A stretch of 64,000 nucleotides of DNA from Moniliella sp. 'wahieum' (Eukaryota): NCBI GenBank assembly GCA_003971905.1, contig RSEE01000072.1:186001-250000 (forward strand), in the 5' to 3' direction. A program made the position numbers and the translations under genes. Below are positions 1 through 12,698 of this stretch, piece after piece; within the stretch, counting starts at the first letter, position 1; each line of letters begins with the position of its first letter. Under the pieces are notes generated by a model. That model saw nothing but the letters and a program-made list of their open reading frames with translations. It made no database searches and was not told the DNA's origin.

Positions 1-3000
1 TTACTGCTGAAGCTGGCGAGATGGTGGGGGGCGGTTGACGAGCCCAGTAAGCTTTTGCAGTTGCTCATTGAACCCAGTCGAATGCGGGGAAGGCAGGGGA
101 TGCAGATCGATAAAATCCGCAGCACCATCTCCATCCGGAACAGATCATCAGGTGGTTTGCAACTCGTCAAGAAAGGCAACAGCGTCTGGGCAGTCGCCAC
201 TGAGACTGCACCCGGATACGCCAAGACAACAGCATGGATCACCTTTAGGCAATCGAGTGTATCCTGCACCTCATCCGTAGCGGACGCAGCGCCTCCCTGT
301 GATGAGGGAGCATCCGAACCAACGCCTCCACCAATCCGCGCAATTTGACATCGAGCAAAACACAATTTGAAGGGCTGGCTCGTCGACGGACAGCTTTGAA
401 CACCTCTTCTAATGGTGATGGTCGTTCCCGCAGCTCATGTGCGACGAGCAAAATGATGGGAGCATGATAGGCAAGAGACGCATCTGTAGCGGGTTGCGAA
501 TCAGGAGCTGAGAAGGGACTGGCTCAGTACTCGGCTGTGCGGACGAAGGGAGGAGAGCAGCCGTGTGGGCGACTGATGGGTGGAAGGTGACTGGGCTGCC
601 ACCGGGACTGAGGGAGGCAGTTCTTCTCACGAACAAGGACATGCCGAACCACATTTCGCCAGAGCGTCGAGTACGAGTTCATGAAGGTCGGACGTATCGT
701 ACGCAATGGCACGAACGACTGTGACGCACAACTGTGCCTTGGTCGGCGCATCGGTCAAGCACGCATAAAATCCGGTAAGGATGCGCACCACGCGCTTGCG
801 CACGCTCACAGCACTGTCCGACAAGCGGGAGAGAATCGAGTCGAGGTACTGAGGAATGTGCTGAGGTGCTTGAAAAAGGTAGTCGCCCAGGAGTTGATGG
901 CCTGTTCACGCACCGATGCACTTCCATCAACCATTCGTACCTCCACCGTCGTCCGCACCGTCGAATCGTCCAACAAGGAAGGGTCTACAGCGGAGATAGA
1001 GTTGATCACCCGGAGCGCCCGTTGGCGGGTAGGAATGCTCTTGTCATCCAAGCACGGAGGAGGCCAAGCTTAATAGCAGCAAACGTGGCAAAGGTAGGAC
1101 TTGTGAGGGTGAGCATCTTGATGGTGACGTTGTCCCCCTGGTGTCAAGGAGGCGGGAGCAACGTTGTCACCCCGCCCAGGAGACGCTGTTGTGCCATATC
1201 AAGCGCCGCTTGCAGTGCCTCACGTCATTGACCACATCCAAATCCATCGACGACTCGGAAACCACCTTACGCATGTGCGCCAGTTCGCTCAGCGCCCGCT
1301 CCTTCCAAAAGCGAGCTGGAGTGCCGATGGCTTGAGCATTGCGTCATCAGCCTATTGTTTTTGCCTTGGAGGGATTGGGAGGTTTGGATGTACCCATCCA
1401 AAACAGTAGCTACCTGCTCTGCCGTCCAAGATGCAGTGAACCGTGCATGGGGTAACTTGGCCGCCTTGACTTCCAATTCGGCCAACGCAGTGCCGTAGCA
1501 ATTGCACCAAGGTGTTCCGCTGCAGCCCCGCACATCCGTGGGGGCGCCCCCGTCCAAAAGCTTGAGCAGACCAGCGACCAAGCGCGTGAGGAGGATAGTG
1601 ACCGCAGGCCATTCAGGGAGGAAGAGCATGGCCACCCAATCCGCCACCAAAGTCTCGATGATCATACTGTAACCAAACTCGTGGGCACTCTTGTTGATCT
1701 TAGGTTGACTCACCAATCTAGAGAGCGGACCCAAGCGAATGGAGGGTTAGTTCGTTTCGGCCACCCACGCAAAATAGCAACCAGGAGACGCACTTGTTGA
1801 TTAAGAACGAGACGATGATTCCCCCGCCGCCGCAATCGCACCTTCGATCCCCGATCCTTCATTTACATGGGAAAGCTTTGGTTTCGACTTGGATCGAGCA
1901 TGTCCGGGAAGTCCTGTGGGAGGTCACTAGACTGCTGCAGGTGTCCGACAAGGCATCATCCATGTCGAGATTGATGTTGTGGTCGAGGTCAGTTTGAGTG
2001 GTGGGCGGCGGGGGGGAGGGTTCTTTTTCAAGGCACGTCGGCACTTGGAGGAGCACCAATAGCAACTGATAGGATCCTTGGATCCACTCGAAAGAGCGTG
2101 GGCCTTACGTCGGGCGCGCATGTCGGGCAAGTGGGTCAAATTGGAGAGGATCTCCTCTAAGATCCAGGTACGCTGGTCGGGATTGTGGGCGTACAAGAAG
2201 CATATGTGCGATGCAAGGCGTGCGCATGGTGGGGATAATACGGGCCTTGGCCGGTACCTCATCGACTGCATGCCATAAGGCAACTAGGCGGCCAGGGCCA
2301 GCGTTTGAGGCAGCCAATCCTTCGGGTTCCGAGAGAAAGAGCAGCTTGAGCAAGAGGTAGAAGAGTGAGATGATGATTGTCTCGGACAGAGCAACGTTCC
2401 CCGTTGCACACAAGCGCTCAAAGGCGATGAGCGCCGCCGTGCACGCACGAAACGACCTGGCTAGGAGAGAGAACCACTTCCACGCGGCCGTCGCCCCGGC
2501 CCAAGCGAGACACCCGTTCTTGACGGTTTTTTCCCAGGGAGAGCAGGGCAATGGATGTTAGGATGCCCTGGTGTGTCTCACCCGGGTCCGAGATGGCCTC
2601 GACAAAGGGCACCAGGATGCCATCAGCACAGGCCTTTAAGGCAGTCAAGCCAGCCTGGACGGCATCTTCACTGAGGAGTGCCTTGGGAGGATCGGCGGTG
2701 CTCAGGATCGCAAAGATGCACTGAGCTGCCAGGGTGGCTCGAACAATAAGTGAGCTAGCCTGGGCGAACTGGATTTGGTCTTCCAGTGTACCTTCCTCGT
2801 CTCGTTCCGCGTCGCGGTCGGAGGCCTTGCGCTTCTTCTTGGACGCCGACATGGGCGGTTGAGGAGAGGATGGGATGGGCGTCACCCCCTCGGAGGCAAA
2901 GCAGTTTGCGCGAGGATGCGGAGCAGACGAGTGAGCTGTTGGTGGTCCAGGTCATACTTGGACGAAGGAGCATTCATGCCCTGGCGTGACCTTGGTGGAC

Positions 3001-4977
3001 AGGAGAAGCAGATGGCGATGCTTGTAGCGGGATGAGCTGCAAGAGGCGGCTCAAGGTAGCCTCGTGAGAACAACACGGTCGCCTTGATCCACTTGGAAAT
3101 ACTCGTTCCGCCAACCGGCATCCACCGCTGTCGTTCCATCAAGGACGGGCATCTCATCCTCTGCCTCAAACACCGATTCGAGCAGAAGCGGCAGCGGAGG
3201 TAAGGGCTGCGCCGTGCTGCCCGGGTGCGGAGCAGAGGAGAGACGGTCTGAGTCTGGGCGGAAGGAGCTCGAAACAGCGTCGACTGCGGTTGAGTCGGAA
3301 GATATGGCGTGGACAGGCGATGCTGCCGCGGGAGAACGGGAGGTGCGGAAGGTGCAGTGGAGGGGGCGGAGAGGGGGCTGCTGGGGCAGGAGGGCGTGGG
3401 CGCGAGGGCAGCTTGAGGACGATCTTGCGGGTGGGATGGGGGGTGGGAACGCCGGCGACAGGTGTGCTGTGCTGCGGCGGCGCAGAGGAGGAAGGCGGGG
3501 GAGGGGCAGCGGGGGGCTGTGTTTTGGGACGCTTGGCGCGGGGAGGCATGGCGGGGGCGGGGCGGGGGTGGGCACGGGAGGCGGCGGGAGACGTGAGTGG
3601 GGGACAGGGAGGTGGTGGTGGCGGTGGCGGTCTTGGAGGTCGTGGGGATGCCTGCAGGCGGGGCGGCGAGGCTGGATGCGGGCGGGCGGGGGTCTGGAGA
3701 GGCTCCGCCACGGTCAGCGTGTCTGTCGGTCAGCAAAAGTAAAGCACCCCCCCTTCTGTCACGTGATGCACGACGTACCAGTGGTGTTGGTCCCAATCGC
3801 CGTCCCATCCACAGCTGTGCCCGCCAAGCCAGCCGAGGACGGCGGCACCGGCAGGCCAGAGCGACTTGCCCCTTGGCGCATGCTCGCCGGGCCAACAATC
3901 GGCCGTACGTCTGCGCCCCGTTGACCCCATGTGGTAGCCATCCAGTCTGCACTCCCGGTTGGTGCCAAGTGGGGAGAGGCGCCGGTGGTAGGACTGGTGC
4001 TGGCCCTGGCACCGGTGGTAAGACTGGTCCTGGCCCAGGGCCGGTGGCAGGCTGGTCCTGGTCCTGGCGCCGATGGTAGGGCTGGTCCTGGTCCTGGCGC
4101 TAGTGCCGGTGCTGTCGCTGGTGCAGCGCTGGCAAGTGACCCAGTAGTCTGCGGAGCAAACGCAAGGGACTGGCGATGTGCCCTGAGGGAGCTGGAACGT
4201 GGGGTGCGTACGTCGCCTGTTGCGGTGGGCGCGATTGGGTGAGCTGGGTGGGCTGAGCAATCTGAGTGGGTGGGAACAACGGGGGCGCAGCACCCTGGAG
4301 TGAGGAGGAGCGCGTCGCCAGGAAAGGGTTCCACGTAGGCGAGGGATCAGAAGACAGGGTTCCCGTTAATGGGAAGGCAAGGGGATTTTGTGAGGGTGCG
4401 TGCGGGAGTGAAGGTAGATATGGCTGCGCTTGTACCTGTGTTTGTGTCAGATGAGGCACTCCCCTTTGTCTGTCCACGTCTGGAGGCGACAGGGATGAGG
4501 AAAAGGGGTGGGTGTGAGAGGATGGATGGACAGGTTCGACCAAAGGGCGCTCAGGCGGGATCGCACCTGCCTGATTCGCACTCCCATGAGTGGGAAGGCT
4601 ACTGGGAAGGTTACCGGCCGTGGACGCAAACGGAGAATTGATCCAAGGGGGTGGCGGCCAAAGACCAGGTCCCATGGGGCGAGGGCGGCAGAGTGAGGTG
4701 CGAGGTGGTGGCGGCCAGGCGTGCGGGAGATGACCCGGCGGGAAGACAATGGGCGTCATCGGTCCGGGATTGGAAGCGGTGGCATCCGAAGGAAGGCGGG
4801 GGCTGGGGTAGCGGTTGAGGTACGGGTGCGAAGCTAAACCTTGCGCTCCTAGTCCACTGTACCCACCCGGAGCAGGCCCAGGACCACCAGCAAGACCGGG
4901 AACGCCAGGAACGCGAGAGGCACCGGGAAACACAGAAGGCCGGCAAAGCTGGGGGGATAGTTGGTATTTGGATTCAT
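1..4977 (-). CDS. SCC2: Cohesin loader Scc2/Nipped-B/Mis4; N-terminal and HEAT part, 3' end beyond the left edge; many apparent frameshifts
   Basis: Collinear minus-strand fragments carry Scc2-like motifs: YAHNPDQRTWILEEILSNLTHLP, IIETLVADWVAMLFLPEWPAVTILL, RQRALRVINSISAVDPSLL...DGSASVREQA, DSAVSVRKRVVRIL. Long Pro/Ser-rich N-terminus. Intron 1718-1793 (GTGCGT..CTAAC..TAG). ATG at 4977 (gaccATG) is a best guess. Confidence 0.9.
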
Positions 4978-5772
4978 GGTCCCAAGTCAACAGAAAGGAG
5001 GCGAAGACGGAGAGAGTGCTGGAGTCAGGACAAAGGAGGCGGAGGCGGAGGCAGATGCAGAGGTGACGCAATAAGCATCAGCAGCGTGGGTGCAAAAGGA
5101 GTGGTGGATGAGGATGGAGCGGGTCGCTGCTGGTGAGGGAGGGATGGAGGGGGATGAAGAGGGGATGAAGGCTGGAAGATGAAGCAGGAAGAGAGGAACG
5201 ATGAAGGGGCTGAAGGATGAAGGATGAGCCGTTGAACCCAGGACGATAAGGAGGAGGAGGAGTGAGTGAAGGGGAAGGTAGGTCCTGCTGGGGGGTCCAG
5301 CAGCCCAGCGCGGACATTCCCAAGAAAACATTTCAACTTGCAGCCCCGACGAGGCACGTGCATCAGATCATCCATCATCGACCATCCATCATCACACATC
5401 CCCCATCCGTTCTTTGGGAAGATGAGATTTCAAAGGCCTTTGATCGATCGATCAGATCTGAGATAGATGGTCCTTCCAGTAGCGCCAGCCCACGACAGAA
5501 CCACCCTCATCTACGTTGGAGTCCGCGCTCGCATCCTCAACGCCTCAACTCTCAACCCTCTTGCCGTTCAGTAGGCATATGAAAACGAGGCGCATTCTAC
5601 AGAGCCATGCCACTGGGAAAAAGCAACGTAGCGGATACAGGGAGCATGTGCGGGCCACACGCGACAGATAACAACAAGAAAATTTCTCATCGTGGACGGC
5701 GGGTATAGTGTGTGTTTGTTGGTCCGATGCATGGACACACAGACTCGGGCTTCAGGCTTATGGCTTCAGGCT

Positions 5773-6679
5773 TCAGGATGCCTCGGCTCCCACTCCTCCC
5801 TGTTCCGAGCCGTGCCCAGGGTCCAGCAACGCATCCAGCTCGGGGAAGCTGCGCTCCAACGCCGCCTGCAGTTGCTCGCGGTACTCCTGCACAACAAGAC
5901 AAGGAGGAACGTAGTGGGGTTAGTGGGGAGAGAGGAGACAGCAAGGTAAAGGAGGCACTCAGTACGTACTCCCAGCGCCATGTTTTGGCCTAGCATCTGT
6001 TGGTTGTCATTGGCCAAGCGAGTGAGGTTTTGCCGGGTATGTTGGTCCGGGTTCCTACCCGTGTCGATGAGTCTGGGCAGAGAGAAAAGAAAGGAAACGG
6101 TCAGTCTGAGGGAAGGTAGAGGGTTGGGATGGCATGTCCGGTGGGCATGCCAACAACGTACTCGACCACGTCCTCGGGAATTTGGTGGGTGACACGGGGC
6201 GCCAAGTTCATCATCGCATCGAGCGAACGAATGGTATCTTGTCTAGAAGTGGGAGAGCAAGCGATAGAGTCCAAGAACAAGTGCGAATGGTATGGTACGG
6301 TGCGATAAGGTATGGAATGGTATGGTATGGTCGTATCGCATAGCAGAGAACGAACGTCAGTAGCGGGATCGTCTTTGGACCCCATAAGGGAGCACAAGCA
6401 AGACAGCCAAATCACGTACACACGCCGTTCCACCCCGTCCTCGCCCCCTTGGGCACGTCTGTGACATAGGAAGCAATGTCAAATAACTGGCCGAGTACCT
6501 TGCGAACATTCGACTCGAGTTGGGCCCGCACCACCTCGTCCGCATCGGGTGGAGGTTCATGGGCGACGGGGGCGGGGGAGGAGCCGAGGATGGTGGGGCC
6601 GGCGCGGCGCACCCTGCGGTGGGGGTGGGGAGGGGGACGGAGAGATGGGGATGTCACGTCCGAAATGATTGACAGACAT
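5773..6679 (-). CDS. MED10: Mediator subunit Med10/Nut2, probably three introns
   Basis: Spliced reading gives VRAQLESNVRKVLGQLFDIASYVTD...IPEDVVELIDTGRNPDQHTRQNLTRLANDNQQMLGQNMALG|EYREQLQAALERSFPEL. The IP..V...ID.GRNPD motif is typical of Med10. GTACGT donors; last intron 5887-5969; stop TGA at 5773-5775. Confidence 0.88.
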
Positions 6680-6982
6680 GGGGGCGGGGCTTGCTGGCTG
6701 GCGGAGGAGGTGTGGGTGGATCGGTGGTGGGACCTTTGTCGCTGCGGCTGCACTTCCAGCCCCCCATCCCACCAACTCCGCCCAGGCGGGCCGAATTCCG
6801 CCGGTCGATGGGGCTCGAGGTCGAGGTCGCACCCAGCCCGTTACGTCATCGGGTGCTCAGCTCCGCGGCGCTCCGCGGCGGCAGACTCAAATCTGCGCAG
6901 CGCCGCACTGACGCGTGACGCACTGCGGGGACGTCACGTGCGGCCGCGCAGCAGACCGACGAGGCCGTCGGGCTGAGCCTCA
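6680..6982. promoter_or_regulatory. Short bidirectional promoter with CRE/ATF-like motifs
   Basis: About 300 bp between divergent ATGs at 6679 and 6983. Contains TTACGTCA (6841), TGACGCGTGACGCA (6909) and GACGTCACGTG (6930). Binding is not shown. Confidence 0.35.
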
Positions 6983-8354
6983 ATGCTCCGCCTGCCTCTG
7001 CCGGCCGCCTACAGCGCCGCCCCGCCATGGCGCTTCCCTTTGAGCGCACCAGCCGCCGCGCCGTCACCGCCCCCGCGTCCACCCTCCTCGGCCGCACCCG
7101 CCCGCGCCCCCCGCGCCACGCCTCCGTCTTCCACCCCGCCCCCCCAGCGCGGATGGCGTGCCCGCCTCGGCCGCCAGCCCCGCCTGGCCAGAGCCGCCCT
7201 GGCGCTTCTGCTCGTCGCCGTGCTCGCGGTGCTCTCCCTGGCCTGGCACGCCTACCTGGCCCCGCTCCCCACGCCCGCCCTCCCCCCCATCCGTCCCTAA
7301 CCGCTTCTGCCCGCGCCCGGCCGAGTGCCGTGGCGCACACGCCCCCACCCCACCCCGGCACAGCCGGCCTGGACCACCTCGTGGTCGTCGTAAGCGAAGC
7401 GCTGTGGACCGGCCCCGCGTTTTCCGGCCACCGCTTGCGCCACAACTGGATCACAGACCAGGCTGGCGGCGACCCCGCCCAGTACTGGGACCATATTGAA
7501 CGCGGGATCGACATTGCCAATCAGGACCCCAACGCGCTGCTCGTTTTTAGCGGCGGCCGCTTCCGGCCTCATGCCCATCCCACGACCGAAGCAGAGGGGT
7601 TCTTGCAATTGGCCTTGCAGAGCACCGCCGTGCTCCCCAGCCTCGACAATGCGCTTCTCGCTCGTGCCGGGCCCCGTGCCACGGAACCCGTCGCCCAAAA
7701 CAGGACGCATCTTGCCTCGTTGCGAATGACAACTGAGCCATACGCTTTGGACACGTACGAGAACCTGCTCTACTCGATTGTCCGCTTCCGCCAATGACCA
7801 ATCACTACCCCCGACGCATCACAGTCGTCGCTCGCGCGGTGCTCAAGGACCGGTTCGAGAAGCTGCATACGAAAGCGATCCGGTGGCCCCTGCGTCATGT
7901 CGGGGGCGCGATGAAACAGTTTGTCTTTGTCGGGATAGCTCCCCGTCGCAATTCACAGTCTCATCACGAGGTGGATGACGAATACCCGCTGTTCGATAAA
8001 GACATGTACGGCTGTCATGGTGTTCTTCTGGTACGTCCGCCCACCTCCTTTTACCAGCAGTTCAAATCCGCTCATCAATGCTTCCTTGTCTCTCTGTCCA
8101 GGCCCATCGACAAGCCCAGCCCTGCAAGGCAATCGGCCTATCTTGGTTCTGCCCCAGAGATCGCCGAGCTGCTGGATTGGTGTCCTGCCGGTGGCATCGG
8201 GCTGCAAGGCATCTACCCTCGCACGCTACCTTGGGACCCGCGTGTAAGCGACGACGAAGGACTGACCGACGACGGTGTCCTGCCAGTTGACAATATCCAG
8301 CGTGAATGGTGGCCCGATACGCGTTGGCTCGTCTTCAGCCGCGAGAGAGATTAG
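6983..8354 (+). CDS. YOR238W/DUF218-like protein with an N-terminal membrane anchor
   Basis: Hydrophobic AALALLLVAVLAVLSLAWHAYL, then HLVVVVSEALW, HIERGI..DPNALLVFSGG, TTEPYALDTYENLLYSIVRFRQ/MTNHYPRRITVV..RFEKLH..AIRWP, DMYGCHG. Three ORFs are joined by frameshifts near 7290 and 7794. Confidence 0.75.
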
Positions 8355-8871
8355 GCAAACGAGGCATGTCGGTGCGCCCCCGGGGCCTCGGTTCGCGCCC
8401 GAGGTGTGGAAATGATACAACAGCACGACGAGCAACTTGGATTCTCGATTACCAACATCTGTATTCAATGTCTATCTCATTCCGACGGACTAGCTTTGGT
8501 GTGGTCTCCATGGCCCTATAGTGAAGAGGGCAGGGCAGGGCAACGGCGTCCAGAGGTAGTTCGGCGGGTCCAGTGGAGGTTGTCTGATGGGCGGGAAGCT
8601 GTGCGCTGGACCTGATGACTTTGTCTGAGAAAAATCTTGGATTGCAAGCCCGGCAAGGCAAGCCACGGGGGCAGTGCTCGGCTGCGCGCGGGATCGATAA
8701 TGTGTGAACGAGAAGCGAGAATTCAATAATTAACTGCGTGGGTCTGCCTCTGTTTCCTGGGGCCGTTCGGGGCGTTATCCATCACTCCCACCCCCACCTC
8801 TGTTGCCTCTCGCGGTTGCTTTCTGTCCCGCCGGTACTCCTTCTGGCTTGCTCTTTCCCAGCACTGTCACA

Positions 8872-11800
8872 ATGGCGTCTCCCGCGAGCGGTCGCTCCCC
8901 TGCGCCTCTGCGCGCCGAGCAGCTCGAGGGCCGGTCCTATCGCTTTGCGCCGGCGCCTCGCCCCGTGCGTCGGACGAGGGACGTAGAAGCCCTGCCACGC
9001 AACGCGGTCGCCTCGGCGGCCGGCCACTCGGCCATCTCCGTTCCCGGCGATAGCTTCCATGTGCGCCCCAACTCACCCTCCGCCTATCTTGGTGCATCCT
9101 ACACCGCCGACGACAGCTACATTCGCCAGCGCACCTCCCAGCTGGCCGGCATGGCCATTGAGGACGAAGAGGCCGAGCTGGACGAGTCCAGCGACTCGCA
9201 GATTTCTGGCGCCTCCCATCCAAGTGCTTCCGCCGCCCCGTCAGCAACCTGTCCCTTCGCCTTGCTCAGGAGGCCCAACAATCCTTCCCGGCTGGCATTC
9301 CGCCCAGTGCGACAGGCTCCCACACCGATTCCGACGGGGAGGAAGGAAACCCCCCTGATCTTGTCGCTCCGAAGCCGTCTCGGTCATATGGAACGTTGGA
9401 CCCTGCCTCGCCCTTTCTGCCCGAGCGGCGGGCTACGTCCAAGGCCGCATTCGAGCCGCACTTGGCCCCTCGGGCATCCATGAGCCGGATGCGCGCCTCG
9501 ATCGCCTCGCTTCATGCGGCCCATGGCGGTGGGTCAGGGATCAACACGCATGCTCTTGGTGCCGGTGCGTTGGCCCAAGCGCAAGAAGAGATTGAGGTGG
9601 CTAGCAGTGGGATTTATCTCCCGGACGAGGTGGGGGCGCACGAATCGGGGATCCTGTCTCGGCACCGCAAGAGCATGCGCCCGACCGAGGCGCAGAACGC
9701 ACTTCTCTCCTGCCTCCCCATGCCGAGGAACCTTCCCCCCCTCCAGTACGGCCGAGGCGGAAACTGTGCCGACGTGGCTCGATGCGGGTCGGACCAAGGT
9801 GGAAAAGGCCCTGGCTTCGGCCCACAACCTAACCTGGTCTGATGTCCGCCACGCGGCCGCTGAGCCCATCCATCTCTTGCCTGCTGTGTTGCTTGGGGTA
9901 CTGATGAACGTGCTGGACGGTGTCAGTTATGGTATGATTACCTTCCCTACGTCCTACCCCATCTTTAGCAGTTTTGGTGGCGACGGAGTATCCATGTTCT
10001 TCATCACGTGCATTGCCTCCCACTTGTCTATTCGGCGGGCGGATCCACGTTTGGCGGAGGAAATGGGTCGATGATGATTGAAGTGGTGCCGTTCTATGCG
10101 ATTATGAGCAAGACGATTATGAATGAGCTGGGCAACGACGAGGCAGCGGTGATCAGCACAGTGATCGTTGCATTTGCTTTGGCCAGTGTGTTTATTGGAA
10201 TCACGTTCCTGCTCTTGGGATGGTTGCATACGAGCCGGCTGCTCCAGTTTATCCCTCGTCACTTGCTTGTCGGTGCGATTGGCGGGGTGGGCGTGTTCCT
10301 GATGGTGACTGGGTTCGAGGTGGCCGGACAGCTGAAAAGTGAGGATGGGTTCCAGTGGAACCTAGATACGCTTCGGTTCTTCTTTCAGTCGGGACATGTG
10401 GTTGCTCTCTGGAGCATTCCATTGGGCTTAGCCGTCCTCCTGCGTGTGATCACGCGCAAGTTCGATGGCCCTCTTATCTTCCCGATCTACTTTTTTACCA
10501 TTCCTATCGTGTTCTACTTTGTCACCATGGTCTGCCTTGGCTACTCTATGGACACGCTCAAAGCGCAACAATGGGGTTTGACATTGGGTCGGCCGCCGAT
10601 GCTCCGTTTTATCGGTTTTACACCTTTATCGATTTCCGTAAGGTCAGCGGCAAGGCACTGATGGCGACCATGCCCACCCAGGCTGCCTTGACCTTCTTTG
10701 GTATCCTTCACGTGCCCCTCAACATCCCCGCCCTCGCGATCAGCACGGGCGAGGACAATGTGGACACGGACCGTGAGTTGATTGGGCATGGAATTAGCAA
10801 TCTGGCTGCCGGCGCCCTCTTTTCTCCGCCCAACTACATTACCTACGTCAACAGTCTGTTGTTTTAACCGCGTCGGTGCGGAAGCCGTGAGTGGGTTCAT
10901 GCTCGCCGCAGCCACCTTTGCAATTCTCTTGGCCGGACCATCGGCGATTGGGTACCTGCCAATCATGGTCGTTGCAGCGCTCATCTTTGTGCTGGGCATC
11001 GATTTGGTCAAGGAGGCGCTTTGGGACACGATTGGTCGGGTCAACCGAAGCGAGTACCTTACCATCCTGGTTATTATCTTTGTTATGACTCTGCGTGACT
11101 TTGTGGACGGTCTGGTAGGTATCATTTTGGCCTTTGCTTCTTTGTGGTGCAAAACTCGCGTCGGACCACGGTGCGGGCCGTGTTTGATGGCTCGATTGCG
11201 CGGTCGACAGTGCGGAGGCATATGACCCAACGCCGGTTCCTCGATGTGGTCGGGTCACAAACGCAGGTGCTGAAGCTGCAGGGCTTCCTCTTCTTTGGCA
11301 CAATCAATGGTGTCGAGCAACTAATCCGTCGCGCCTCGACATTGCGGCCTGGGACGAGAACCCAATTCGGTTCTTGATTGTTGATGTAAGTCTCTCTTCT
11401 TACTCTTCTTTGCATCCCACAGAGGACTCACCTCTTTCGTGCAGTTCTCTCTTGTCAGCGGCGTCGACTTTTCTGCGGCCGAGGCGTTTACCACCCGCAT
11501 CCAGCGGCTGCTCGAGGCCAAAGACGTGGTGCTGATCTTTTGTGGTGCTGCCCCGGATAGTGAGTAGGGGTGGCACTGCAGAGTGTTGGCATGTGGGCCG
11601 AACAAGAATCGAGGGTAGAAGTGTTTGCCAACCTCAACTCGGCGCTCGAGTGGACGGAGAACGAGTACCTACTGCAACTGTACCAACCTGGCTTTGCTGT
11701 CCGCTCTTCGGTCGCGGTGGGCAACAACTCAATTTTAAGTGCCGCCAATGCCCCACTCCTCTCCCACCACACGCGAGAACTCGAAGCCAGTCCCAAACCC

Positions 11801-12426
11801 GTCCCGGCCCATGCGCACGCCTCGCCCGTGCCGACGGACCAGCTGGCCACCTCCCCTCGCAACAGACAGCTGCACGAAGCTGCTCGTACTGCTCTCCAGA
11901 CGCAACCTTTGGTCGCTCCCGAGACCAAGATCACGCCTCCTGCCGAGCGGCATCTTGCCGTGCCAAGGAGGGTCCCTACCAACTCCTCTTGACCACTTTC
12001 CGTGGCTATGCAGACGGCACGCTACCTTCTTCTTTCTTTGCCACGATCACACCGTACTTTGTACGCATTTCGTTGCGTGCTGGGGCGCAGTTGTGGCAGC
12101 CTGGGGACGAGGCGGATGGGCTGTACGTGATTGAGCGCGGGGTGCTCAAGGCGTCGTTTGCCTTTGCTCAGGAGGGCTTCGATTTGTCCGAGACAATGAT
12201 GCCGGGCACGGTGGCGGGCGAGGCGTCCTTCTTGTCCCACCAGCCTCGGAACGCGACTGTGACGGCGGTGGAGGAGTCGGTGCTGTGGCGCTTGGACGCC
12301 GCTTCACTCGCGCGACTGGAGGACGACTCGCCCACGGTTCGTCGGCAACTGGTCCAGATCTTGCTCAAGGTCTCTTCGGATGAGCAACAGGCCTTGATGG
12401 GCTACCTCGTTTCGCGGCTCACTTAG
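8872..12426 (+). CDS. VSB1: SulP/SLC26-family transporter with STAS and cyclic-nucleotide-binding-like domains (yeast Vsb1/YGR125W-like)
   Basis: [95 protein letters not shown] (intron 11386-11444), and C-terminal [30 protein letters not shown]. Several frameshifts. Confidence 0.85.
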
Positions 12427-12698
12427 GCCCCAATCCCAACGCACTTTCCTCGATGATCTTTTCGTTTCTATGCTCAGCGCTCACTACGAGCCGTTCCTAC
12501 TCAGGTGCTCCTTTCAGGAATAGAATGTTCAGCAGATACGCGACATGCCAGTCTGACACAAGGCCTCATAGGTGTTGAGAGAGATTGTTGGAACGGGAGG
12601 CAGCGCCCCCGCCAAACCCCAATCTAGCAGGCCATGTGGTGGAAGCAGGCGTGGAGGTGTAGAAGGGCGTGCGCCGTGGGCCCTGGAGTGCGGGGAAT

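Noticed and set aside
2882..4334. Long overlapping Pro/Arg/Gly-rich ORFs on both strands, here and in other GC-rich stretches
   Set aside because: These are shadow ORFs of high-GC low-complexity coding DNA, not separate genes.
6287..6336. (TATGG)n pentamer run
   Set aside because: Short degenerate microsatellite inside a MED10 intron; nothing further supports a function.
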